Part shown: piece by piece, positions 40,162 through 52,052 of the stretch | How positions within the stretch are numbered: position 1 is the first letter of the stretch | Layout: each line of letters starts with the position of its first letter | From: Babesia bigemina | Taxonomy: Eukaryota | Direction: 5' to 3' | NCBI RefSeq assembly: GCF_000981445.1 | Contig: NC_027218.1 | Span: forward strand, 2,294,001 to 2,358,000 | Length of the DNA stretch: 64,000 bases | Position numbers and translations under genes: made by a program | The notes under the pieces: generated by a model | What the model was told of the DNA's origin: nothing | Database searches by the model: none | Seen by the model: the letters and a program-made list of their open reading frames with translations, nothing else

Positions 40162-42291
40162 ATGAAGGGCAACAGTACTCTTGGACTTACCCAATGCCGC
40201 CGTGTAGGCAGCGGCGCTGTACTGGAGCCGCTTTCCTCGTCTAAGAACGATGAGATACATGGCGCACGTTGCGTAACAATGAAGCAGGAAGAAAAAAACT
40301 CAATAGGGTTCGCGATTTTTAAGACTCCGTTCTCGTCTGAGGAGGATAAGGCTGTATGTAACCAAATGACGCCAAAGTTCGGCTATGCGGATAATGTTGA
40401 TATGTTTGATGCGCGCAATGAAGACCAGTGCAATGTTGTGGAACTAAAACAGGTTACGAGGTATTCATCTAAGGCCTCCGAGTATGCTAACAGCACAAAG
40501 CTGCATGTACCATCGATGCTTAATTTACAGGCTTTGCCGAGGCGCGATTTGGACGACGCATTCTCGATGGATGATGCCAAAACTTCTGCCTCTATCTCGG
40601 ACACAGCCAGCCCATTCGGCACCGAGTGCGACAAAATGAACTGGAACAAGAAGAAAAACGGAGAGTCGCTAGTGGTGCCTACTGCCTTCTCCACGTTTAA
40701 ACGTAGTAGATGTGATCATTTCCCTGGATATGCTCCCAGCAGCACGCTGCAGTTTGCCGATGAGCCCTTCTTCACGGGGTACAATGGCTCCTTTGCCTCT
40801 GATGAGGTTTACGACATTTCGGAAACGAATTTCGATTTCACCACGGTAACTGGCTATGGCATGGATGATGACTACACGGACAACTACGTGTCCATCATAG
40901 ACATGGTCTGTGGCGTAGCTGATGAGTCGGAGGAACGCGCGATTGGCATGCGCCGCGACGTGCTTGTTGAGGCGCCCAAGGAGCTAGAGCCAGCGGCTGG
41001 AGATCCTCCACTGTACAAGCAGATGCAAGTGAAGTTGTCCGTGGCCAAGAAGGGGAAGTCGAACAAAAAGAGCAGAGGTTCAAAGGCTAGCAAGGAGCCG
41101 ATTGCGGTGGACCCCGTCAATGTGACTAAGGAATCATCAGAGGCTTCTGGTGAGGTGGCTAAAGGCCCTGCCGCCGAGGAACGTATTGAGTGGTACCCGG
41201 GCTTCAACAGACAGTTGGGAGCAAAGGGTAGAAGTGCCCTGCTCGAGCTTGTGAGGAGGGTTTACAGGCAGAACCCCCCGTACTACAAATCCATTCTGCA
41301 AGCCAGGAATCCGCCATCCTCGATCAGCAACCTTCCCTTCTTCAACATCCCCATGCTCTGGGAGCTTACGCACCAGTTTGGCGTCTTCCAGCAGGCTGTT
41401 GCCATTCACAAGAGCCAGATGAGCGCCGCCTTAAGGAACGACAAGAGTAGGGGCAGGTCGAGGGTGGACCGCAGTCATGCTGCACTGGCCGCTCAAGAAG
41501 CCAAAGCACAGCAACTAACACAGGAAGTTGCCAAGGATGATCAGGCGAAACTGTCGAGCCAGTCGAGTGAAACTAGCTGGGATTCCGATACGACCGGCGC
41601 GTCCCAGGAATTTCAGAGTTCGATGCAAGTGGATGTCCCAAACGGCTCACAAAACAAGTTGGCAAAGCTCAATGAAGAACCGCAGGAGCAAAACATTACC
41701 GTGCCTCAGAACCTTATGGTGAAACGCGACGCCACGATGTACGAACAGATGTCCTCAGTGGAGGCGACCGGAGGAAGAGCCACTCCGCCGGCTCAGGTGG
41801 AGCACGTCAAGCACAGCAGGTACCAGGGAGTGAGGGGCGACAATGCGGGCCAAGTTGAACCTGTCAAGCAGCATTTCACCACTCTGTCTGGAAGGTCAAT
41901 CAAGCCCACCAAGAGATACGCCGACTACCAGGGCGAGTACGGCAACCAAGCTAAGCGCTACTCGGCCTACAATGAGAACCACAACCAGACCACCAATGAC
42001 ACCGTGTCTAGCTGCGACTCGAACTGCACTTCACGGGATCCCTCCAACGTAATTGCCGAGTGCGATAGCCCGGCGCTCTCCAGCTCCACTGTAGTCAGCC
42101 TTTCCAAGAGTGAAGATGGATCGGGCGAACTTGACGTCGAATCAGCGGAATTGCCACCCTTGTCGCTGGTGTGGTGCGTCAAGCAGCAGATCTCACAAAA
42201 GAACATGGACGCCAGGTGCGATGCCATGGCTGAGCGTCTCAGCCCAGTGGCATCCGCCCGCGGCACGCCTTCTCGCTGCATTTCTGTGTAA
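40162..42291 (+). CDS. Hypothetical protein, largely disordered with one compact central domain (start uncertain)
   Basis: Long ORF of about 710 aa. Basic NLS-like stretch KKGKSNKKSRG and an ordered block IEWYPGFNRQLG...LWELTHQFGVF. Confidence 0.75.
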   Translation: MKGNSTLGLTQCRRVGSGAVLEPLSSSKNDEIHGARCVTMKQEEKNSIGFAIFKTPFSSEEDKAVCNQMTPKFGYADNVDMFDARNEDQCNVVELKQVTRYSSKASEYANSTKLHVPSMLNLQALPRRDLDDAFSMDDAKTSASISDTASPFGTECDKMNWNKKKNGESLVVPTAFSTFKRSRCDHFPGYAPSSTLQFADEPFFTGYNGSFASDEVYDISETNFDFTTVTGYGMDDDYTDNYVSIIDMVCGVADESEERAIGMRRDVLVEAPKELEPAAGDPPLYKQMQVKLSVAKKGKSNKKSRGSKASKEPIAVDPVNVTKESSEASGEVAKGPAAEERIEWYPGFNRQLGAKGRSALLELVRRVYRQNPPYYKSILQARNPPSSISNLPFFNIPMLWELTHQFGVFQQAVAIHKSQMSAALRNDKSRGRSRVDRSHAALAAQEAKAQQLTQEVAKDDQAKLSSQSSETSWDSDTTGASQEFQSSMQVDVPNGSQNKLAKLNEEPQEQNITVPQNLMVKRDATMYEQMSSVEATGGRATPPAQVEHVKHSRYQGVRGDNAGQVEPVKQHFTTLSGRSIKPTKRYADYQGEYGNQAKRYSAYNENHNQTTNDTVSSCDSNCTSRDPSNVIAECDSPALSSSTVVSLSKSEDGSGELDVESAELPPLSLVWCVKQQISQKNMDARCDAMAERLSPVASARGTPSRCISV

Positions 42292-42315
42292 TAAACATCC
42301 AATATTAATGATTTG

Positions 42316-42705
42316 TCAATGGTGCCCACCAGGCTCCCCGGGGAAGTAGTGGTAGTAGGTCTCGATGCCGCCCCAAATTATGATCGGCGACATGAGGATG
42401 CCGGTCCACACCAGCGGCGACATCTCGTCGTAGCGGGGGTCGATGTACTTCGCGTGCACGGTCCCGGAATCGGGGAGGCCGATGCGCATCTTCTGGTAGT
42501 TCGGCGGGTACGCGCGGTCGAATTCCTCCTTCGTGTACGGGAGCTTGCGCGGGGCACGCCAGATGCCCTCGACGTGGTGCACCTTGGCGAGGCAGCTTGA
42601 CTCCTCGTATTTGGAACCGGTGGCGACGTCGGAGGTTGCTCCAGTGGTGCTGGTGGGCACCGAGGAGAACGAGCGCCTCGCCACTCTCCTTACAAGCATC
42701 CGCAT
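42316..42705 (-). CDS. Small putative mitochondrial inner-membrane protein
   Basis: Arg-rich, acid-free presequence-like N-terminus MRMLVRRVARRSFSS and a single C-terminal TM (LVWTGILMSPIIIWGGI). Confidence 0.7.
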   Translation of the reverse strand: MRMLVRRVARRSFSSVPTSTTGATSDVATGSKYEESSCLAKVHHVEGIWRAPRKLPYTKEEFDRAYPPNYQKMRIGLPDSGTVHAKYIDPRYDEMSPLVWTGILMSPIIIWGGIETYYHYFPGEPGGHH

Positions 42706-43306
42706 TCTGAGGCGTCTATATAAATCCGAGTCGTGCAAACATAACACAGAATCACTCGTTACAGCAACCACTTGCCACAGCTCGCAAATAGAGTATATGC
42801 AACGGAACTCAAAGGTAATGTAACGGCATAACGCCAATCACAGCATACAGTGGTTAAACGTGCCAAATTGGAACGTTGCCTAAAACGCAGCACAAACGTG
42901 TGCGAAATCAACCTGACAATCGAAATAGCACCCGATTTTGACGGAAACAGAGCAACAAACACCTACCTGCTGCGCAGGGACCGACACGGTCGACAGATGG
43001 CAGTGAAGCGCCGATAATAACACCCAATGGAGTTGGATGATTTGTTGTGGCAGACACTGCAAATGTACGTAAATCGATTATTATAACCGCGTCGTCGCAA
43101 AAGACCGCTGTAGGAGGGTGGCGAGCAATTTGCCGCAGCGGGGCGCGCGCCTTCACATACGTCCGGAGTCAACGTACGCACATCAGTATCGGACTTCTGC
43201 GGTTACACCGTAAATGATATAGGTGAGATGTAGGCAACAGGTTGGATAGGTGGCCCGCTGCATTATTACACACCCGCAAAGTACGGGCCCAGGCTCCGTC
43301 GCTGCC

Positions 43307-44227
43307 ATGGCGCCGAAAGCTGGCGTGAAAGGTAACGAGTGTCTACCTCAAGCGTATTCTAACGTGCTCGCAGGGACAGCTAAGAAGGCGGTGAACAATG
43401 TGCCGCTTAGGGAGCGGCTTATGGCCCAGGGTGTATACACAGCCTCAACCAGCACTGAAGCACGATCGGCCGCGGCACCGCTCTTCTCGCCACAGAAGCC
43501 GGCACGCAGGTCCGTGAAAGGGAAGGGCACTTCAACTAGCCTGCCGAAGGTCGGCATGTCGAGGTATTTCCAGCGCAAAGCAGACGTCAACGGCCGTACC
43601 TCGCTGTCTAACTCGATATCGCATGATACAGGTGCGTTGCATACGGGTGAATTGCGGCATTTCGCGTCAGTCGCTGACAATGAAGGGAGCTTCGCATTCA
43701 TGTTGGACCCCGTGGAGGTCGCCCGAGTAAAGGAGCATTCGGAGGCGCTGCTCGCCACCCTGACATGCGAAGAATCGGATTGCGCCGACGTGCAAATTGT
43801 CGATACTTCGTCCCTAGACCAGCTTGCGGCGGAAATGCCTGCTGCCGCGTTCGGGGGTTCGAGCTGCGTGCCGCTGCTGAATAACCCGCGCGGAGCGTGC
43901 TACGCCATGCTGCGCGTGCCGCCCACATCGCATTTTGGCCCATTCATCAACACCTCCGGGGTCATGGTGTTGATATTTATCGACCTTCCGCCGGGGAAAC
44001 TCTTCTACGAGAGCCTGAACCTCACCGGCAAGCGCAAGGTGCCCTGCCCAAGACAGGCACACGTGCTAGTGCTGCCAGACGACGTCTTCAAGCTGCACAA
44101 CGAAAGCAAAACCGGCGAAGCTTCGGTGCTCATGCTGTCGTGCCGCAGGGACGGGAAGGAGTTCAACATCGAGCAGCACGTGCAGGGCGCGTTCCTGACG
44201 CCGATCCGTCAATTACAGGAGGGGTGA
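43307..44227 (+). CDS. Protein with a C-terminal cupin-like domain reminiscent of CENP-C/Mif2
   Basis: Basic disordered N-half. The C-terminal pattern YAMLRVPP...VMVLIFI...HVLVLPDDVFKLHNESKTGEASVLML fits cupin strand spacing. Confidence 0.55.
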   Translation: MAPKAGVKGNECLPQAYSNVLAGTAKKAVNNVPLRERLMAQGVYTASTSTEARSAAAPLFSPQKPARRSVKGKGTSTSLPKVGMSRYFQRKADVNGRTSLSNSISHDTGALHTGELRHFASVADNEGSFAFMLDPVEVARVKEHSEALLATLTCEESDCADVQIVDTSSLDQLAAEMPAAAFGGSSCVPLLNNPRGACYAMLRVPPTSHFGPFINTSGVMVLIFIDLPPGKLFYESLNLTGKRKVPCPRQAHVLVLPDDVFKLHNESKTGEASVLMLSCRRDGKEFNIEQHVQGAFLTPIRQLQEG

Positions 44228-44433
44228 CGGCGCACCCTCCATATCGCAAGATACAACGAAGGCTCCCAGCATCCCGTTGCTGAACACACTGACACACGCT
44301 AGCTTCTAACTATTAGACGCGTTTTTGAGGTGCGCCGTCGCAGTCCACGTCGATGCGCTGTTGGCATTCGGCCGCTCGCCAGGGGCGCCTGACTTCGTTA
44401 CCGCCAGTGAGGCGCGCGTTGACACGGCAGAGC

Positions 44434-45053
44434 TCATTTTAGCTTCGCCGTGAGACGCACGATCTTGTCCTCAGTTATCTCGGGGTACTGCGATAATATC
44501 AGGTCGATCACCTGATCCTCCACGTCGCCCTGCAGCGGTCATGTGCGCAAAAGGCAGCGGGCTCACCTGGCAATCGATCTTGTCCATCTGACCAGGCACT
44601 CCCTTCACCACGCCGGCCCCCGAAGCAAACTGCTTCGCGAACAGCTTGGCGGCGGCCTCAAGCTTCACACCTGCAGACGCTGATGGGAGCCGTGGCACGC
44701 GCAGACGTACCGAAGAGGTGCAGACCAGTGACGCTGGTGACGACCTTGCGCTTGGAGCGCGTGCTGCGCTGCACCGTCACCTCCTGGCGCACCTCCGGCT
44801 TCTTCTTGCGCGGGGCGGCCGGAGGCGCGACTGCGATCTTCGACAGCTGCTCCGCCACGTCCTCGGCGCTGCCGAAAATCTCAGGGTAGCGACGCGCGCA
44901 CTCCTCACGGCACTCGCCGGACTCCCACTTGTCCCCGAAGTCGCAGAAGTCAAACGGCATACCGCAGCGCGGGCAGTATTCCACCTCGACGGCGGCCAAA
45001 GCGGGCACCTCGTCCTCGGAGACGCACTCTTCCGGCGCCTTGTCCTTAACCAT
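44434..45053 (-). CDS. DENR: Density-regulated protein / Tma22 (SUI1 domain), 3 exons
   Basis: VEYCPRCGMPFDFCDF zinc site, RSKRKVVTSVTGL, LFAKQFASGA and IDCQGDV. Introns at 44671-44710 and 44530-44566. Confidence 0.92.
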
Positions 45054-45256
45054 GGTGAAATAGCGGGTGTGTCAGCATATGGAGCCGACTGAAGGTGTTC
45101 CCGCGGCCACACCGCCGCTCAGCTCCGACGCGCGACGGACGGCCCGAGGGTCAGGGGGCGGACAGCAGCACCTAAAAACAGAAAAAGCACAGCAATGTGT
45201 ATCGTAACCAATCATTAGGCTGGCATTTTAGCCCGCGTGTTTTGCGATACCGGGGT

Positions 45257-47687
45257 TCAGAGACACGCCACCGAAAAAAGGTCGCGGCCGACTTCGCCCT
45301 GCGGCTTTTCTGGCTCCGCGCCAGACAGACTAGGGAGAACCGGTGCGCCAGATATGCCGCCGAGGACGTACGGACGCAGCCTTTCATGCATAGGGAACGC
45401 ACGCTCGCCCACGCACGACGCAATGTCTTTGTGGCTCAAAGTCTCGCGGTCGTAGAGCAGCTTGGCCAGCTTGTGCACCAGCTCAGCCTTCTCCTTCAGA
45501 AGCTCTTTGACGCGGGCGTACTGACCCTCGATGATGCTGCGCACCTCGTTGTCGATCAGGAGCGCAGTGCTGTCCGAGTACTCGCGGTAGAACCCGGCAC
45601 TGTCGTCACCGTCTCGCTGGTACGACACGAGGCCCAAAGCCGGGTTCATGCCCCACTTAGAGACGAAGGCGTAGCACATGCGGGTCACCTTGTGCAGGTC
45701 GTCCGCCGCTCCTGTGGTGATGCGACCAATGAAGATTTCCTCCGACGCACGGCCGCCCAAAATCACGGCGATCTTGTCCAGCAACGCCTCGCGGCTGAAC
45801 AGCGGCGTCTCATCAGCGATCTGCTGCGAGTAGCCCAAAGCACCGCTGCTGCGAGGGACTATGGACACCTTGAGCACGGGGTCGGCGTGCTCCAGCCACC
45901 ACCCAACCAGCGCGTGCCCGACCTCGTGGTACGCCACCACCAACTTCTGTTCGGGAGACATAAGCTGGTTGCTGCGGCGCAGACCCGCGACGATGCGCTC
46001 AATGGACGCTTCGAAGTCCATCAGGTCAACGCCGTCCGGAGACTTGCGCCGCGCAGCCTGGATGGCAGCCTCGTTTGCAACATTGGCGATCTGCGCACCC
46101 ACGAAGCCTGGTGTTAGCGCAGCCAAGCGACGGCCCAGGTCGTCCACATCCAGCAGCTTGTTCAACTTCAGCGGGGCCAAGTGCACCTTGAAAATCTCGT
46201 AACGCTCCTCCAGGTCGGGGCTGTTTATCGTGATTATGCGATCGAAGCGCCCGGGGCGCACGAGCGCAGGGTCCAGGATGTCGTGACGGTTGGTCCCGGC
46301 CAGCACGAGCACGCCGCTGCTCGCGTTGAAACCGTCCATCTCCACCAGAATCTGGTTCAGCGTGCTGTCGCGTTCGTCGTGGCTGACGAAGCCGCCCTTT
46401 CCCGCTCGCTTTTTACCCACGGCGTCAATCTCGTCGATGAACACGATGCTGGGCGCGTTCTCCCGGGCCTTCTTGAACAAACTACGCACCCTAGAAGGGC
46501 CAACACCCACATATATTTCGACGAAATCACTGCCGGAAATGAAATAGAACGGCACGTTCGCCTCGCCGGCGACCGCCTTCGCCAGCAGGGTCTTACCGGT
46601 ACCGGGAGCACCGCACAGCAACGCCCCCTTGGGGATCTTAGCGCCGTATTGCTCGTAGGCCTTCGGGTTCTTCAGATAATCCACGAACTCGCTAATCTCG
46701 AGCTTGGCCGAGTGCATTCCAGCCACATCTTTGAAGCGCACGCCAACCTTGAGCTCCTTGGCGTCGGTCAGGTTAAGGTTACGCATGCGGTGTACACGGT
46801 CAAGGTACTGACTGTTGTGCAAGAACCTCCACATAATTGCCGCCATATAGGCGACGGGAATGCCGACGATAACCGCATACTTCAGCACCTGTAACCACTC
46901 AACCTCCTCAACGTGCTTGACGGGAACGAAGTTCTCGGGGTGAATGCCTAGCAAACCCTGAAACGCGTTTGAGCGGGGAAATTATAATTTGGCATACCTG
47001 AATGTCGTCCAACTTCCTCTCCACCGCTTCAACCGATCGGATCCGAAAACTCACGACCTTCGGCACCGTCTTGGAGTCGCTGCGCAGTATACAACGACAC
47101 GACTTGCCGTTGACAATCAGTATTGTCTCAACGCAACCGCGCATCAAGTACTTTGACAAGAATTCCTGCATTGTTACTTCGTTAGGGAGCTCGTTGTAGG
47201 ATAGGACTTTGTATGACGCTAACGCTCCCAGCACGTAAAACAGAAGCCTGAACGGCTTTGCACACAGGAAGACGAAAGGGTTCTCGCCATCGTTTTTAGA
47301 GTCACCAGGGCCCTTGGGTTTGCCGGAAGAGTTGCCCATCTTGCCTTCCGATTTGGGGGGATCACTCGACGTACTGCTGTCGGCTTCGCCTCCCGAAGCC
47401 TTGGAGTCGGAACTCCCGCCGCGTCCTGCAAAACGACCGAAGCCGGAAGGTACCTTCTTGGAAAAGTGCCGTGAGCCGCGTATACCTGAAACACAAATAC
47501 GCAAAGTAGTATTTAAAATAGGCGGAGCACCGCAAATAACAGAGTGGAAGGCCCTGCCCTGTGAAGCCAGCCGAGTAAGCGCCCCCCCAGCCAACTCCGG
47601 CTCGCCTGAACGCAGTAGCCGGTATCCATTGGCGCCAAATAGCCGGCGCAATGCCCGGCAGCCAGGCGTTAACGCCGGCAGCGCCAT
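45257..47687 (-). CDS. Mitochondrial m-AAA protease, AFG3/paraplegin-like (FtsH family), 2 exons
   Basis: Presequence-like N-terminus and two TMs. Walker A GAPGTGKT, Walker B FIDEID, SRH RPGRFDR and the HEVGH zinc motif. Intron at 46958-46997. Confidence 0.93.
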
Positions 47688-48232
47688 GACTGAGACTTAC
47701 GCCGGTACAGCAACTGCGGGCCGCCGCGGTCCCTGGCAAGGCAGATGTGCCACGTATCTACGGCGCGATATATTCTAAAATCCTATATAACAAGCATCCG
47801 GTAAATAGGCCGCGGGTTGCCGGCGCCGTAGAGGTGGTCCACGGCAGCGGCGGGTGGCGGAACGACGTGACGTAAAAAGGAATGCCAGACACGGCACATA
47901 CACATATAACGGTAATAAAGTGTGCTTTTTAAACTGTATTGTTCTTACATCTCAAGAATCCACGGATGGGCGCGCCGCCGGCCCCGATTAACCGTACGAG
48001 AAGGGCTCTACACATTCGTTCCACTTTGCCCGCCTAATACGCGACAGACGGTCTTCGCGGCACCACAGACTGCGGCGAGTACTAGAAGAGCATAATAAAC
48101 AGCTATAGTGGCTTAGAAGCATTGGTGTTATTCTCACTTGGAGTTACCTTCCACGTCGTTGCCAAGCCGAGCTGCAAAATTTTGTCGCGAAAAAATGACC
48201 GTGTAATATCAAGCGTCATACAGGATGTTCAT

Positions 48233-51060
48233 ATGAGCCAGTTGGGTACTATGAAGTTGTCTAAGAAGTACAAGCGGCTGCAGCGGATTGCCGCAAGGTA
48301 CAAGGCAATCACGGAGGCCGTGACGAGATTGGAGCACGTTCAAGATGATGACAGCACAGCAACAATCCAGGATTATGCTAACGCGGGCAGACGTGCATCT
48401 GATGCAACTACGCATCCATCGAAACGTACAAACAATGAGAAATCGCAGCCATTAAAAGATGCCGCTACTACAAGCAGTGCACGGAAAGGAGCCAAACGAC
48501 AGCGCAAAGCAGATATAGCTTCGAATTCCACTGATGGGCACCAGCAGGATAGATTCGAAGCGTTAGACATCGACCGGAGTATTGTAGAATGGCTGAAAAC
48601 AAAGAACATTCTAGTTATGACGCGGGTGCAGAAATTGGCCATACCGAAGTTCATGAAGAGTGGAACCGACGTTTTGGTGCAGTCACATACAGGATCGGGC
48701 AAGACTCTGTGCTTCGTCGTGCCAATTTTGGACATGTTCATGAAGCGCGCAAGGCATTTTCCCGATAGTGGATTGATCGCCGTTTTCGCCGTCATAATGC
48801 TGCCCACACGAGAACTGGCGACTCAAGTGCATTCCGTCGTATCCGACGCAATCGCACACATGGAGAGTGGCGTCGAAGAAGGATCGGAGATGTGTGGCGT
48901 GCCGCTGTCGTGTCTGGTGCTCATTGGTGGTTCTCCGGTGGAGCATGACGTCAAAGCCATCACGAAGCTAAAGACCGTTCGCGGTGCCAGACCGCTTGTC
49001 ATAGCGACACCCGGGAGGCTGCACCACCTGATAGATATGCTGCAGCAAGAAATGCTGTGGACGTTCAAGGATGTCACCACGCTGGTGCTCGACGAGGCGG
49101 ACCGGTTGCTGGAGATGGGATACCAGGCCGACATGACGGCAATTATGGGAAACATGCCCAAACAACGCAAGACCGGTTTCTTCTCTGCAACCTTACCGAA
49201 AGAGGTGTTGGAATTTGCAAAAATGATTCTGAACAACTACCATTTCATCAACGCCGATGATGGAGCATCGCACAAAGGGGTTGCTTCCCACGGAGGTGAG
49301 GAACTTCAACCAGAATCAGAGATGGGTCACGCCGAAGGTGCGGCAACATATGCAACTCCGGTTACGCTTAAGAACTACTACCTCATACTTGACCCGCGGG
49401 AAAAGCTGCACTTCGTAGTACTATTGCTGGAGCATCTCAGGATGACCGGCGTAAGAAAGTGTGCCATTTTCTTTCTAACGTGCGATCTGGTGGACTACTT
49501 TTCACTCATGATTGCAAAGTGCCTGGCCGATGGTAATGATCAGGCGAAAGAAGGCGTGCGGACCATCCTCTACAAAATTCATCGCAAAATGCCCACCGCC
49601 AGACGTCAGCTAAATTTGGACGCATTCCGGAAAATGCCGGACGCTGGTGTCTCGAAAACGAAATCCGACGGAGGGCCCAAACGTCTGAATGCCGCTGCAG
49701 ATCCTGCTAGCAATACGCTGCAGGTGTTGCTTTGTACCGACATATTCTCTAGGGGGATAGACATCCCGCAGATAGAGTGGGTTATACAGTACGATGCACC
49801 ACAAGACCCTAACTTCTACGTACACCGTATAGGGAGGGTATCACGTGCAGGGGCGTCTGGCAACGCTATCTTGCTGCTGAACAACAGCGAGGAAGCGTAC
49901 GTGCAGTTCCAAATAAATCGCAAAATACCACTCATGCCACTACCCAGCAAAGTACTAGAGGGCGCCACAAGCTACTACGACAGGATCTCAGAAACCGAAT
50001 CGGCATTGCCTCACCATTTACACAGCGAATGTACTACGGTGGCCAATGGCACATCATACATCGACTATCTGCAAGAAACAGCTCCCGAACAACCGGTTCT
50101 TCCCTGGATCCACACCTGCAAGATGCTGTCGTACATACGGGCACAACTTACCACAGACAGAGCGTTGCTGTTAACGGCGACAAAGGCATTTGTGTCCTAC
50201 ACTCGGGCCTATTCCGAACACAGGCTTAAGAGTATATTCGAACAAAAGGTACGTTCGCGCCATCATCGAGTGGTGATATAGCGCCATACGGTGTTTGTCT
50301 TATTTTTAACTTACCGGTGTTAGTATGTATCATATTCCATCTATTATGATCATGTGAAATGCTACTGCGCGCGTAAACATATAGATTCAGTCGATGCGTT
50401 ATGTGACGCTGTAAACGATAATTTTAATAACACGTTTGTTGGTCACATACTCATAACTCTGCAGAATGTCGACTATGGAGCACTTGCCACTTCTTTTGGC
50501 GTACTCAAGGTGCCCAGAGTTAAGGAAATACTCGGCAAAAAGTTGCAAAATTTCGCCAATAGCGATACCGATGTAAATTCGGTGGCTTTCAAAAACGAGG
50601 GGCAAGAGAGGGATAGGCTGAAAAAGCTCCAGCAAAAAAATAACGAAACTAAACCCCACGTGCGGGAAAAGAAGCCAGAGCCCCAACCGAAGGTGCAGAG
50701 GACTAGGAGCGAAAAACGTGTAGTTAAACGGTAAGTATCATCCACACCCTTATATATCTATCATCAGCGAAAATGCGTTACGGGAGTGGGAAGAACTCGC
50801 ACGCGAAGAGGCGCTTGCAAAAAAACTTAAAAAACGAAAAATAACTCGGGAACAGTACGAAAAACTCCTAAGCAAGCAGGAACAAAGCGATTCCGATGAA
50901 TCAGATACGTCCGACGAAAGCGACCATGATGCACAGGTTTCAGAAAACGACTCGGACTGGGAAACAGTAAGTCACTTGTTCACTTTGGTCATATCATTCT
51001 CAGGAACTGGACAACTTTGTCAAGGAGTGGAAAGATAAACCAAAGACAGCAAGCATATGA
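48233..51060 (+). CDS. DDX55: DEAD-box RNA helicase, SPB4/DDX55-like (4 exons)
   Basis: TGSGKT, PTRELA, TPGRL, DEAD, SAT, RGID and HRIGR motifs, plus KAFVSY.RAY.EH and C-terminal EWEELAREE.LAKKLKK. Introns at about 50249-50464, 50731-50767 and 50967-51003. Confidence 0.9.
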
Positions 51061-51814
51061 ATCTTAGTCATAATACATAGCTCTGTTGCTGTTTGGGTGT
51101 AGCATGGTGATTTGTTGTCTGTTTTTCGCACTTATATCAGTATTGGAGTGAATCTGTTGCATTAACTTTAGATGCTGAAATTATATACCCATTATCGATT
51201 AACTGGTAAAATATGTGGGGTGGATGGGGATAGGAGGATTTGTTAGATTCAAATCATTGAGCCGCTAAAAAAATAGTATTGAGCATATTTGTATTTAATG
51301 CGTCCGTTTACAAGGTAGTAACATATGATGGGTGTTACAAAACTAATTAAGCATTGAACACGTCAAACTATATGACACGGTGATAGGCGCAAGAGCGGCA
51401 GCTACCGGGGAAATAAGATGGATAAGGGCATTGTATTTCATTACTGTTGTCGTCTTAAATGAGTGAGTGAGTAAGTCAGCAGTGGCGACGAAAAGCGTAC
51501 GTGAAGGTACGATTCAGGTGGTAAGTCACAGCATCAATGTTGTAAGTACGTAATATTACTGAGACTGCGAACGCTTTTGGCAGCAAAGAGTGCCAGTACG
51601 TCTGAAGAAAAGGTACACCAGGTTACTATGATTAATTCTACTCAAGGTTCCAGTGGTAATACGATGGTATACTCTAGATACCTCGTGAAAACCTCGCTAG
51701 GTACCTAGAGGTGCACGCTCGCGAAACATTTAACGGTAAGTTATTACACAATCAAAGTCCTGTTGATGTAGTATACCATGAGATAATTGCTATAATCGAA
51801 ATTGGGGAAGTTGA

Positions 51815-51960
51815 TTAATGATCGCTATGCAAACCGTTCATCTTGGGGGCGCAGAAATTGCGGACCTTGTGGAACGGCCGAATGCGGAAGATGGTCATGA
51901 AGCGGATGACGAGGATGATGAGGGAGGCGGGGACGATGATGATGGGAAGGACGGCGGGGG
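51815..51960 (-). pseudogene. Orphan duplicate of the Cys-rich family C-terminal TM/tail segment
   Basis: Reads IIIVPASLIILVIRFMTIFRIRPFHKVRNFCAPKMNGLHSDH*, nearly colinear with the end of 7344-7772, but has no Cys-rich N-terminus. Confidence 0.65.
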
Positions 51961-52052
51961 TAATGGTCACCTCACTGCTCATGTGACTGATCATCAGTGC
52001 AATCACTACTGTCTAGCACATTAGATGTCAGTTGCCAGTTAGGTAATTGTCA

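Noticed and set aside
17500..51060. Apparent clustering of RNA-processing genes (CTNNBL1, virilizer-like, DENR, DDX55)
   Set aside because: They are interspersed with unrelated genes, such functions are common, and there is no evidence of co-regulation.
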